Of a stretch of DNA of 41,836 bases, positions 18,210-27,859 are shown piece after piece. The position numbers and the translations under genes are program-made. Below the pieces are notes generated by a model. That model had not been told where the DNA came from and ran no database searches. It saw only the letters and a list, made by a program, of their open reading frames with translations. The stretch is taken from contig CAZSNI010000004.1 in assembly GCA_964608465.1 (NCBI GenBank), forward strand, positions 1 to 41,836. The letters run 5' to 3'. The stretch comes from an uncultured Candidatus Saccharibacteria bacterium (lineage in GTDB: Bacteria > Patescibacteriota > Minisyncoccia > Phycocordibacterales > DATDWN01). Every line of letters starts with the position of its first letter. The first letter of the stretch is position 1.

Positions 18210-18662
18210 TTAAGCGGCTTTCTGTTCATCATCTCGCATATTTCTGTTTATCACTCTTTTTGCTTTAGGTACGAACTGTACGACTTTTTCACCTGTCCTT
18301 ACTATTTTTTCTGCAACTGGAACAACCGCGATTATCTTATCGCTCTTTGAGATCATCATGTTGTATATACCATCAAGTCCCCATAGAGGTAGTTCGCTGA
18401 CCAGGGGTATCATTTCAAAACCAAAAGTAGCGAGCAATCCAAAGAGCCGTTTTGGATTAGCTAAGCTTTCCCCTCTTAACTGCAGGTAGAGTCCAAAACC
18501 AAACCCAACAGCCAGGTCTATACAGATGTTTATTATTACACTAGCACCTGCAATCCATATAAGTAACCATTCGATTACTATCTGAATCGCGTCTATAGTA
18601 AATAATGTACCAATCACCAAGCCCCACTCTATGTTGCTAATTTTTGATTCGTTTTCTTCCAT
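18210..18662 (-). CDS. Small multi-pass membrane hypothetical protein
   Basis: 150 aa with hydrophobic helices and a charged C-tail; TATAAT 7 nt before the ATG. Confidence 0.8.
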   Translation of the reverse strand: MEENESKISNIEWGLVIGTLFTIDAIQIVIEWLLIWIAGASVIINICIDLAVGFGFGLYLQLRGESLANPKRLFGLLATFGFEMIPLVSELPLWGLDGIYNMMISKSDKIIAVVPVAEKIVRTGEKVVQFVPKAKRVINRNMRDDEQKAA

Positions 18663-18712
18663 TAACTAAATTATACTACTTTCAAATATATTTGCAGACT
18701 ACACCTATGCAG

Positions 18713-20524
18713 TTATTTACTACTCTCTAAGTCGTTTCTGGCTTTTTTTATAGAAAGTATTTGTGAAGGGTCAGAAGTGATGATCTGATCTTCTGTATAA
18801 GAAGCAATAATTTTGATAGCAACATGTTTTAGTCCAGCAAAGAAGATTCCCTCCCCCACATCAGACTCAAGTAATAGGTATTTTTCCTCATCAGTAAGAC
18901 TAAATGCTTGTTGTAGCTTATCTATAGCAGTTGGAGATTGTTTTAGAAGGATTTGGATAGAAGAGTTTGTGATAATCGGTAATCCATATGGGGATTTTAG
19001 GAAATCGTCCACGTCCTGGGTAATAGTCGCTAGTCCTAGGTAGTATTTTCTTCCTCTTTTTGCCAAAGATAGCAAGAAAGAAGCTGTATCTTCAGATTTC
19101 ATCATCCACCAAGCCTCATCGATAACTAAAAGTCGTTTCTTAAGCTTCTTTCGAATCATGTTCCAGATATAGTGCATGATGATATACATAGCAATAGGTT
19201 TTAACTCATCCTCCATGTCTCGTAGAGAGAAAACGATAAATCTCTTGTTAATATCAACATTACTTGGTCTGTTTATAAAACCTGCCCATGTTCCTCTGGT
19301 GTATTTTGTAAGTCTTTGTGCGAGTGAGTCCCCTCCTTCCATTCCTGAAAGCACTAGCTCGAAGTCAGAAAGTAGTGGTGGTTCAACATTTTCAAAATTA
19401 GAATCCGCAGTAATATCTTTCAGTGCATATGTCTCTGTGATTGCACGATCAATAATCGCATCTTCTTCTGGAGAAAGACCTCCCATCATGATTCTGAAAA
19501 GTCCTACAAGGTTGATTATGTTTGAACGCAATACACTAGCAAATGACTCACCTTCCCCAGGAATCGGAAGCTCGAATGGGTTTATGTGGTGTTCTGAGTT
19601 AAGAGAAATATTGAAAAATCTTCCACCTACCGCTTCTGCTAGATACTCATATTCTTTTTCTGGGTCGAGCACTATAACATCTGTATCGAACATAAGTGTT
19701 CTAAGAATTTCTATTTTTGTTGCATATGATTTTCCTGAACCAGATTTTGCAAAAGTAATAGAGTTGTAGTTTTCTAGTGAAAATCGGTCGAAAAGTACCA
19801 AAGATGAGTTGTGCCGGTTAATTCCATACAAAATTCCCTTGTCTGAAGTTAGGTCAAAAGAAACGAAAGGAAAAAGAGATGAAAGCGGAGAAGAATTCAT
19901 TTTGCTGTAAACTTGCAAACCATCTGTTGCAATTGGAATAGCTGCTTTAAAGGCTTGTTCTTGCTGGAAAAGTGCTGGTTTTAGGTATACAAGCTTCGCT
20001 TCTAGGATAGATTTTATTTCTGACTCTACTTTGTCTAGTTCTTCACTAGAGTCTGCATACATAGTAATGTATAGCCCTACATCAAAAAGTCTTTCCTGGG
20101 CCTGTTGCAGGTTGTCACGAAGGTTCTCTAGGTCTTGGTAAGCTGTGTCGAGCATCGGGTCTCGAACTAACCCCTTCGCTTCCCTAGCGTTGATCTGGCT
20201 TTGCACCTCAGCCACTTTTTTCTGGAAGTTTCTTAAAACTCCAGAAGTTTCAATTGGTTTAATGAATATAGAAACATCAAAAATCTTGTCCAGGTTAATT
20301 ATTGGTGAAAACCAGTTGTCAGAAAGAAATCTAGGGTATGAAATTACAAAGAATGATCTTAAAACTTTTTCCCCGAGGTTTATTTCCTTCGGAGACACCT
20401 TTAGTGCACTAGGAGCAATAACATCTTTCAGTTCTAGACTACCAGAGTCATATATTTCTTGCGGAAGAATTGTTGATATTTCCTTCTCCTCCTTTTTTGG
20501 TTTTAAAAAATCAAATAGCGACAT
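18713..20524 (-). CDS. virB4: VirB4/TraC-like secretion ATPase
   Basis: YGINRHNSSLVLFDRF, Walker A AKSGSGKS, DPEKEY, Walker B LLVIDEAWWMM, RGRKY, TQDVDDF. Confidence 0.9.
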   Translation of the reverse strand: MSLFDFLKPKKEEKEISTILPQEIYDSGSLELKDVIAPSALKVSPKEINLGEKVLRSFFVISYPRFLSDNWFSPIINLDKIFDVSIFIKPIETSGVLRNFQKKVAEVQSQINAREAKGLVRDPMLDTAYQDLENLRDNLQQAQERLFDVGLYITMYADSSEELDKVESEIKSILEAKLVYLKPALFQQEQAFKAAIPIATDGLQVYSKMNSSPLSSLFPFVSFDLTSDKGILYGINRHNSSLVLFDRFSLENYNSITFAKSGSGKSYATKIEILRTLMFDTDVIVLDPEKEYEYLAEAVGGRFFNISLNSEHHINPFELPIPGEGESFASVLRSNIINLVGLFRIMMGGLSPEEDAIIDRAITETYALKDITADSNFENVEPPLLSDFELVLSGMEGGDSLAQRLTKYTRGTWAGFINRPSNVDINKRFIVFSLRDMEDELKPIAMYIIMHYIWNMIRKKLKKRLLVIDEAWWMMKSEDTASFLLSLAKRGRKYYLGLATITQDVDDFLKSPYGLPIITNSSIQILLKQSPTAIDKLQQAFSLTDEEKYLLLESDVGEGIFFAGLKHVAIKIIASYTEDQIITSDPSQILSIKKARNDLESSK

Positions 20525-20528
20525 ATAT

Positions 20529-21161
20529 TTATGAGGTTTTAATTGGCTTCTCTGTTTCTCCGGGGTTAAATATCTTATAGAACAACTCTATATCCTCTTC
20601 TGTTCCTAGTCTTACTACACGAATACCGCACCTTGAGAGTCCTTGTTCAACAACAGAAACTCTTTGTTCTAACTGAGTCCTGTTCTCTTCAAAGCTCACT
20701 TCTTTTTTTTGTAGTGCTTCGGCACTAGATGTTTTTTTAAAAAATCCAGAACTAGATTTTATGTTTATCATTGCTGGGTCATAAGGAACAACTATAAAGA
20801 AACTTTTTGTCATTATATTGGTTGTTTCTGTGAATTTTTTTATAAATTCAATGTATTCCCTAGTTTGAATTTTCATAAGGTCATTCATCTGCTCCTTGTA
20901 TCTATCCTCTAAAAGGGCTATATAAGGCCGTATATCCAGTCTTCTGGACTGTATGGATATTTGAACTGTGAAATCTAAGGAGTTCAGAAAATCCTGAAAC
21001 TGTAGAACGATTGCTTTTCTTTCGTCTTCAGATTTTAAACTAAAGTTCAATGAAGAAGTAAGTATAACACTTCTAAGTGAATCATCTTTTAGTATTATTG
21101 CTCCATCGCGAACTTCTTTTATCGGAACAAATTCTTGTGTTGCTTTTGAGTTTACTGCCAT
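20529..21161 (-). CDS. VirB4/TraC N-terminal-like accessory protein
   Basis: IKEVRDGAIILKD...NFSLKSEDE...FQDFLNSLDFTVQISIQSR resembles the N-terminal region of PrgJ/TraC-type ATPases; directly upstream of virB4. Confidence 0.7.
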   Translation of the reverse strand: MAVNSKATQEFVPIKEVRDGAIILKDDSLRSVILTSSLNFSLKSEDERKAIVLQFQDFLNSLDFTVQISIQSRRLDIRPYIALLEDRYKEQMNDLMKIQTREYIEFIKKFTETTNIMTKSFFIVVPYDPAMINIKSSSGFFKKTSSAEALQKKEVSFEENRTQLEQRVSVVEQGLSRCGIRVVRLGTEEDIELFYKIFNPGETEKPIKTS

Positions 21162-21188
21162 ACGTTTTATTATAACAGAAAAATAAAA

Positions 21189-21626
21189 TTATTTTGTTGT
21201 TTTTCCATCTTTTCCAGTTAATGGATTTAGATTTTCATTAATATCCAGCGTCCAAGTTAAATCTTTTAGTCGACTGTCAGATATTTTTGGAACATATACT
21301 TGAGCAGGCTGGTTTACGGGTGCATTTTCCTGCCTCAAAATTTGTTTATCTTCCCTTTTCCAGATATACAGGTTTTGTTTAGTGTAAAAAAGAAATGCAG
21401 ATTCCATAAAATCGATAAAAGGTTTGTTGTTTATTTTGTAGAATGCTAGTGCAACTGAAACAGGAGCAATAACTGCTATGAGTAGTATGGAAATATATAT
21501 AGGAAGGTATTTAAACACCACAAAAGACATTCCCGCACCTCCAGCGAGGTAGATGAATTGTTTTACAGTTAAGGGTCCAATGACTTTGTCCTCAACATCT
21601 ATGAATTGTGGTACTTGATATCTCAT
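21189..21626 (-). CDS. prgI: PrgI-family (VirB3-like) membrane protein
   Basis: MRYQVPQFIDVEDKVIGPLTVKQF, two TMs, FYKINNKPF; start placed at ATG 21626. Confidence 0.85.
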   Translation of the reverse strand: MRYQVPQFIDVEDKVIGPLTVKQFIYLAGGAGMSFVVFKYLPIYISILLIAVIAPVSVALAFYKINNKPFIDFMESAFLFYTKQNLYIWKREDKQILRQENAPVNQPAQVYVPKISDSRLKDLTWTLDINENLNPLTGKDGKTTK

Positions 21627-21650
21627 ATTCAGTTTTAAATATATCAACTG

Positions 21651-22532
21651 TTACTCCAACGCCTCTCTGTACGGGTCCTTCACGTATTTTGTTTCTATCG
21701 GTTTGATAGTAGGAGTAACATTGTTTAGTTTGTTGCTAACCAAATTCCCCGATGACGGTGCAATGTTTGTTTCTTGTGGGGCAAGTTTGTATATATCTTC
21801 AGTTGCATATCTAGGAACACCAACTACCATTCCATCTGAAGGTCTTTGTTTGTCTAAAGCTTCATTTTGCATTGCTGGCTTCATCATTTCCTTAGGAACG
21901 TTCAAGGTTCCACCAAAACTTTCAGTTTGTGGAGCTGTTTGTTTTGTTTCTGAAACTACGTATTTCGAAGGTTCTGGTTTTTCGCCTATCTTTACTCCCC
22001 TTTCGAACACTCTACTTTCAAGTTCAAAAACAATTTGTTCTGAAAGTAAGTTTGAAATGTTTAGTAAGTTAACAAGATCTAGGGCAGTAATTTTTTCATT
22101 TTTATCCCTTTCTATTACACTCATAACCTCATTTTCTAGTACTGTTGCTTGGCTAGTGCTAAGTCCATACTTACCAACAATTTCCGCAACCCTTTTCTTG
22201 GCTGAAATCACATCAGTTTTTTTACTTCCAGAGTTTGCAGACTGAATTTTGCTAAATATATTTTCCTCAAGTTTAGACTTTAGGATTGTAAGTTCATCAC
22301 CACTTTTTTTACTAACTTTAGTTATATTCTCAATTGCAGCATCTAAGGTTTGTAATCCGTACATTGCATTCAGGACTTCACTGTCCGCTAAGTTTATTTG
22401 TTTGACATCTAATCCAGATTGCTTAAGGTACTCTGCTATCTGTTCCGTCGTGTCGTTATCCATCACAAAAGTTTGTTCACTGGGTGAAAGTTTCTCAAAA
22501 GCGACTTTTTTTTGTTGTAAATTAAATGACAT
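21651..22532 (-). CDS. Cytoplasmic hypothetical protein of the T4SS-like cluster
   Basis: 293-aa ORF; helical N-half, Pro/Thr-rich C-half, ends DPYREALE; tightly packed between neighbours. Confidence 0.8.
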   Translation of the reverse strand: MSFNLQQKKVAFEKLSPSEQTFVMDNDTTEQIAEYLKQSGLDVKQINLADSEVLNAMYGLQTLDAAIENITKVSKKSGDELTILKSKLEENIFSKIQSANSGSKKTDVISAKKRVAEIVGKYGLSTSQATVLENEVMSVIERDKNEKITALDLVNLLNISNLLSEQIVFELESRVFERGVKIGEKPEPSKYVVSETKQTAPQTESFGGTLNVPKEMMKPAMQNEALDKQRPSDGMVVGVPRYATEDIYKLAPQETNIAPSSGNLVSNKLNNVTPTIKPIETKYVKDPYREALE

Positions 22533-22537
22533 ATTTT

Positions 22538-25180
22538 TTAACTAAAATCTACTACTCCGCCTGCAGGATCTTCCAGCCAGTCTATTGTATCTTGTTTTGT
22601 GCCAGCTCCAGCGGATAACAAATCCCCCCTCAATGCTTGTATGTCACCTGTCGTCATCTTCGCTGCCATTCTCTTTAGCATATTTGGTGTATAAGCAGGT
22701 TGTAAATAGGCATCTCTAATAATACTTTGCCCAGCAGCATTTCTTCCAAGTGCTGCCACTTCTTCTGGACTCATACCTTGCACTATTCCAATCGCCACTG
22801 TTCCATTTCCAGCAGCAAGTGCTGCATCCAGAGGGGCTCTTCTTAATGCTTTTAAGTTATCTTTCTGAACTCTAGTGAAGTCGTTACTCTTTGTTACTGC
22901 TTCTATCTGACTAGATTTTAGTTGTGCAACGAAAGTAGGGTTAGTCAGGTAGTCGCGATTTATTGTTTCTAATTCAGAATCAGTAAGTGATTTAATTGCG
23001 CTAGCTGCCGGGCTATTTGGTACAACAATTCCTGCGCCTCCGGCACCCATTGCTGTAATAATAGTTGAAAATCTAACTTTGTGTATTTCCTCTTTTTGTG
23101 TAGTTGAGAAATTGTCGCTCTTATTAATAGCTTCAATTTGTGATGGTTTAAGATTGTTTACAAAAGTATCATCGGAGAAGTAAGAAGAGTCAAGCATTTC
23201 AAGTTCGGACTTTCCAAGTGATCTTATTTCTTTATGCAGAGCTGAAGTTTGTGCGGCTGTCATGCTTCCAGGATTTGTTCTCATTGTCTGCATACCCTGA
23301 TTTATACTAAAGAATCTAGAATCTTTCAGAGTTTGCTTATCGCTATCATCTAGTAAGTCGTTTTTATTAAGCGCTTCAAGTTGTTTAATACTCAATGCAT
23401 TTGCAAAGTTCTGACTATCTAGCAACTCCCTATTACCATCAACCAACTCCGCAGTTTGCTTATCAGTAAGTTTTGCAAGTGCTTTTTCCATTTCTTCTAT
23501 TTCAGTAGCAGATGCTCCATTTATTGATCCTGTTTTTATCTTCTCCTTAGCTTGCGCTACGGCCAGTTCGTTGTTATCTGCAGTTTCTCTATCCCTAACT
23601 CGTTTTGAACTCTCTTTCTTTTCACTTTCATATGTTGTTGTTCCACCCTTTCCTGCTCCAAGTGAATCGCTTACTCCACCCATTATTGGGATACTTCCTG
23701 TGTTTACATCATTAAGTCCCATAGCCTTCCCTTTTTCAGTTCTTCCAAGTGTACCTCGTATAACATCCCCTATCATACTGGTCGGAACTGATGCATTTCT
23801 ACCATCATATGTTGCATCCCTTGCTGTTCTGGCACTATATAATACTGTTCTAGCAGTTGCCCCAGCAACAGAATCCCAAACACCTTTTCTTGATCTGGAA
23901 GCTTCACTCTGTAGGTCAGCACTACTTGCTATTCCACTTCCAGCGTAGCCCAAAGTTCTTCTTCCGATCCATGCAGTTCCGCCGAATACTGCTGAGCCCG
24001 CTTTATCAGAAGCCATATCAGTAAACTTTGATAGTTGCTTTGAACCTTGAGAAGCGTATCTTTTAGAAACAACTAGTGATGCGACAATAAGTCCAATAAG
24101 TATTGCAAAGTTGAAAACAAGACCAATCGGACTTTGTTGATAAGGGAGGTTTGCAGCAATCTGTTCTCCATTTACTAACTGACCCCAAGTAGCTCTGTTT
24201 GCTGAAATAAAACCACTTGTGCTCATAAGTGTCAGTACTATCCAAGTCATAATCATGTATAAGGGACCGAAAAGAAGTTGTCCCGAAAATGTAGACCACC
24301 AGTCTTTTGAATACTTACCTAAAAATGGTAGTGCCGAACCCATATAGGCAATTGGTGAGAGTATGAGAAGAATAATTAGCACTATGTAACGTATAATAAA
24401 AATTGCTGCAACAGCTACAAAAACCATTGCAGTAATGAGGAATAGAAAAATTCCAATTAGAGGAGTAAGTACCATGTTCCAATTTCCACCCACAGAAGTT
24501 CTTACAGCATCAAATCCATCTGTACCCCAGAAAGTGGTAAGACCCAAATTTGTCATAAAAGGAACAGAGATACCTGTAATGTTAAGTGCGGTTTGTCCTG
24601 TAGGTAGTGTTATTGGTATTGATCCGCCACTACTTTCAACTATGGTTTTATAAAAACCAAGAGTCACTATGTTAGATGCGTCTATGAGTACTCTGGTGAA
24701 AAATAAACTAAAGTTCACGAGAAGGGCGGCAATAACTAGTGCCGAGATAAAGTTTTTTATTGATTCTTTACTACCAACACCGATGATGAGCTCAATTCCC
24801 TTGTATATAAGTATGAATATAAATGCAATATTCATTAAATCCTTTATAACTTTCCATGCTATGTTTATCCCAGTAAGGCTTTCCAAGTTTAATTTAAGGT
24901 CAATTATTGTGTATTTAAGTACGAAGTCCAGTAAAGTTCCGGCTATATAAAGAATAAAGGCAATTATTGTAAGAACTATATATAATATAGAAGCAAAAAT
25001 ATCTCCAAGTGCATTTGTGAAGTATGTCCAAACGGAACTACCTATTCCTGTATTTGCTGCTTCACCCAGTGGTGGGTTTACTGTCCCCCCTCCCGTTGCT
25101 TGTGCACCAACATAAACAGGTGCAAATATCATCGCAAGCATTACGAGTATTAAGATGTGTGATAGGATTTTTTTAATCAT
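22538..25180 (-). CDS. VirB6/TrbL-like polytopic membrane protein with a long repetitive C-terminal domain, 880 aa
   Basis: Signal peptide; AWKVIKDLMNIAFIFIL, LLVNFSLFFTRVLIDASN, RYIVLIILLILSPIAY, W..WW..F...L.FGP; three helical repeats in the C-half. Confidence 0.75.
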   Translation of the reverse strand: MIKKILSHILILVMLAMIFAPVYVGAQATGGGTVNPPLGEAANTGIGSSVWTYFTNALGDIFASILYIVLTIIAFILYIAGTLLDFVLKYTIIDLKLNLESLTGINIAWKVIKDLMNIAFIFILIYKGIELIIGVGSKESIKNFISALVIAALLVNFSLFFTRVLIDASNIVTLGFYKTIVESSGGSIPITLPTGQTALNITGISVPFMTNLGLTTFWGTDGFDAVRTSVGGNWNMVLTPLIGIFLFLITAMVFVAVAAIFIIRYIVLIILLILSPIAYMGSALPFLGKYSKDWWSTFSGQLLFGPLYMIMTWIVLTLMSTSGFISANRATWGQLVNGEQIAANLPYQQSPIGLVFNFAILIGLIVASLVVSKRYASQGSKQLSKFTDMASDKAGSAVFGGTAWIGRRTLGYAGSGIASSADLQSEASRSRKGVWDSVAGATARTVLYSARTARDATYDGRNASVPTSMIGDVIRGTLGRTEKGKAMGLNDVNTGSIPIMGGVSDSLGAGKGGTTTYESEKKESSKRVRDRETADNNELAVAQAKEKIKTGSINGASATEIEEMEKALAKLTDKQTAELVDGNRELLDSQNFANALSIKQLEALNKNDLLDDSDKQTLKDSRFFSINQGMQTMRTNPGSMTAAQTSALHKEIRSLGKSELEMLDSSYFSDDTFVNNLKPSQIEAINKSDNFSTTQKEEIHKVRFSTIITAMGAGGAGIVVPNSPAASAIKSLTDSELETINRDYLTNPTFVAQLKSSQIEAVTKSNDFTRVQKDNLKALRRAPLDAALAAGNGTVAIGIVQGMSPEEVAALGRNAAGQSIIRDAYLQPAYTPNMLKRMAAKMTTGDIQALRGDLLSAGAGTKQDTIDWLEDPAGGVVDFS

Positions 25181-25185
25181 TCTAT

Positions 25186-26910
25186 TTACCTAAATATCGC
25201 TCCAACCGTTCCGTTACCTGTAATATTCCCTTGGCATTGTGGATTCGGGTTAAAAACCGCACACGGTCCTGTCCAACCAGCAAAAGTTGTTCCACTGCCG
25301 ATATCAGGGATAGCAGTTAGGGATACAAAAGAATCAATAGGATAAGGCTTGCTACAAGTTGTTGTAGCTGGACTAGATAGATTTGCACACGTATCTATGT
25401 TATCTGTTACAGAGCCGCGGCCTACAATTTGCATTGTAAGAGTATATGTTCCTACACCCGGAAGAGGGATTGGTGGGTTTGTTGCCGGGCTTCCAGAAGG
25501 GTTTCTGTTGCAAGCACATTCAGGTCCCCATCCCCAACCACCTTCAGCAAGAGAATCTTCACCATCTGGTCCTGCATTTCCAACAGCACCAATCATTACG
25601 TCCACTACCATTCCATTTCCAAAATCAAACTTATCCAGTCTTATTGGGTGTTGCAATAGCACACCTCCGAACTGAGACCGAATTAATGGTGCCGCCAATC
25701 TCATACCATTGTTTGATGGAGGATAGTTGTTTAGAACTGCCAAAACAGCTCCACTGCTTACTCTGGTGCAGTCTACAGATGGGTCTGGTGTGTATGCTGG
25801 ACAAGAATGTCCTCCACTTCCACCTGAACCAATAGGCCAGGCTGGTAAACCAGAAACTGATGGTGGCGTACTTGTGCATCTTGTAGAACCTCCAGTTCCT
25901 CCTGTGTATGAGTCGATTATTCCATCCCCGTCAGTGTCTACTCCTGTTCCAGATGTTCCTCCTGTTGAACTACAGTTGAGTGACCCCGGTGAAGCACTTA
26001 TTTGATAGTTTACTATTGGTTGTGGTTCTGCAGCGATTTGGTCAACAAGAGAAGGCGCTTGAGTTCCATTGTTTCTAGTTGTTGTTTCACTTGCACCCAA
26101 AAGTCCATTAGCGTTTCCTGCAACTTGTTCAATAAGTTGTGACACAAGAGCTGTAATTATTTCGTTAAATTCATCAGCAGAAACCAATTCTCCCCATTTT
26201 GTTCCTAAAGTTTCTTTTATTTGGTCACTAATAACTGTTCCCGGAGTAACTGTTTCTTCTTTTACAGAACAACCAGGAATAAGTGTTACTGGGTCTGTTA
26301 TGGTTATAGCTCCCCTAGGACATCTCTTATAACTCAAAAATCCACTACCTAGCTCAACTTCTTTTTGCTTGCTTTCGATTTCAGTACCAACTTGCATCGA
26401 TAAAGAGTTTTTTGCTGCAAGATAAGCTCCATAAGGGTTGTTTTGTTGGTTTTGTGTTATTTCAAACCATCCCTGCCATCCTCCTTGTGTAAAGTCCTGA
26501 GTAAAAGCGTTGTAGTTATTTTGCAAAATGCTCAATGTACAAGAGTAGTTGTTGTCGTCATTTATGTAGTTTTTTGCAAGAGCAAGTCGTACCTGAGCTT
26601 TGAATGGGCTACAAAGTTTGTTTATTCCAGCTTGTGAGAGGAATTGAGATGCTAGGTCATCTCCAACATTAAGGAAAAACTGTTCTGGGTCAGTTAAGTA
26701 TCCAGGATTTCCCTTAAAGCCGTTGTTAATCCAGTTTACGGTTTTCTGAGTAAGTTTTCGAGTTACAGTTTTTGCCACCATATACGCAACAGAGTCCAGA
26801 CCATACTCTTTTGTTGTGTTTGCAAGGTCAGTATATTGCGCGTAAGTTTTTTGAGGAGCAACAAATGACAACAAAGATAAAATCATCGTTATCGCTAGAA
26901 ATTTCTTCAT
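25186..26910 (-). CDS. Secreted modular protein of the T4SS-like cluster with a DxDxDG motif and a C-terminal InlB-B-repeat-like domain
   Basis: Signal peptide MKKFLAITMILSLLSFVAPQKTYA (ATG 26910); TVNWINNGF...LTDP..F; GGW.GW; DTDGDGIIDS; YTLT...GRGSV...VSLTA.P...F.GW.G.C. Confidence 0.75.
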   Translation of the reverse strand: MKKFLAITMILSLLSFVAPQKTYAQYTDLANTTKEYGLDSVAYMVAKTVTRKLTQKTVNWINNGFKGNPGYLTDPEQFFLNVGDDLASQFLSQAGINKLCSPFKAQVRLALAKNYINDDNNYSCTLSILQNNYNAFTQDFTQGGWQGWFEITQNQQNNPYGAYLAAKNSLSMQVGTEIESKQKEVELGSGFLSYKRCPRGAITITDPVTLIPGCSVKEETVTPGTVISDQIKETLGTKWGELVSADEFNEIITALVSQLIEQVAGNANGLLGASETTTRNNGTQAPSLVDQIAAEPQPIVNYQISASPGSLNCSSTGGTSGTGVDTDGDGIIDSYTGGTGGSTRCTSTPPSVSGLPAWPIGSGGSGGHSCPAYTPDPSVDCTRVSSGAVLAVLNNYPPSNNGMRLAAPLIRSQFGGVLLQHPIRLDKFDFGNGMVVDVMIGAVGNAGPDGEDSLAEGGWGWGPECACNRNPSGSPATNPPIPLPGVGTYTLTMQIVGRGSVTDNIDTCANLSSPATTTCSKPYPIDSFVSLTAIPDIGSGTTFAGWTGPCAVFNPNPQCQGNITGNGTVGAIFR

Positions 26911-26999
26911 ATATGATTTATTTAAAATATACAAGTTAATTGTATACTATTATATTAAAGAAATCCTCGTAAAACTAGGAAATGTGTTGAAAACTAAAA

Positions 27000-27839
27000 C
27001 TAGAATATCTTAACCGTTGAATTTTTTAGTAAATATTCGTTCATATTTATTACAGCATTTCCAAAATTGATCATATTTTGTGAATAGTTGCCTGCAGATG
27101 TGAAAATTTTTACTGGATCAGACAAAGCAATACGCATAGCTTCAAGATCTGTAAGTAAATCAGAGGAAGCATTTAGTAAATTTAAGTGAAATCCTATAGC
27201 TCCCTCCGGAACTTCTATTTCTAGGAGGCTTTTAATGGCCGTTTTATTAATGGCTATTATAGGGTCTAGCTTTTTAAGCTCAGTTTCCTGTTCAGATTGT
27301 AGGCTATTTATAAGAATAGTCATTGGGTTGTCTTTCAGGTTGTAGTATAGAGGAATAAGTACTTGGTTTATTTTATCTCTGTATGCTCCAATACTCACTG
27401 GATCAGTTTTTTTGACTATTTTTAAGTTTTCTTTGATATACACTATAGAAATAGGGTTGTAATCCGGCAGGGATAAGGTGTTTAGGGCAATTTGTTCTGC
27501 GACTTCAGGAGTCACTTCCGTCCCATTCTTTACAGCTATGAGGTACTGAGATAGAAAATCTCGAGACATTTGGTCTGTTAAGGTCGTTCCCTCTTCTCCA
27601 ATTGCAGTTGTTTTTGTCAGATCGACAACTTTTTGGTTCTTTGGAGCACTATCATTTAGTATTTTTTTCCAATCGTAGTCAGTATTCTTTATTGCAATTG
27701 CAGGTTCTGCTTTTACGCCATTATTGTTATTTATCGCGTTATTCTGAGATAAACTTTGTCTTTTTGATGTAACAAACCATACAGAAACAACAATACCAAA
27801 ACATAATATAAAAATAGTAAGTATTTTATTACTTGGCAT
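27000..27839 (-). CDS. Membrane-anchored hypothetical protein
   Basis: ATG 27839 (TGt-TATTAT 6 nt upstream); N-terminal TM followed by a helical extracytoplasmic domain. Confidence 0.8.
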   Translation of the reverse strand: MPSNKILTIFILCFGIVVSVWFVTSKRQSLSQNNAINNNNGVKAEPAIAIKNTDYDWKKILNDSAPKNQKVVDLTKTTAIGEEGTTLTDQMSRDFLSQYLIAVKNGTEVTPEVAEQIALNTLSLPDYNPISIVYIKENLKIVKKTDPVSIGAYRDKINQVLIPLYYNLKDNPMTILINSLQSEQETELKKLDPIIAINKTAIKSLLEIEVPEGAIGFHLNLLNASSDLLTDLEAMRIALSDPVKIFTSAGNYSQNMINFGNAVINMNEYLLKNSTVKIF

Positions 27840-27859
27840 AAATATATAATAACACAATT

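Noticed and set aside
14868-27839. ICE, prophage or DGR/retron
   Set aside because: No integrase at the borders, no relaxase, phage structural genes, reverse transcriptase or TR/VR repeat pair seen.
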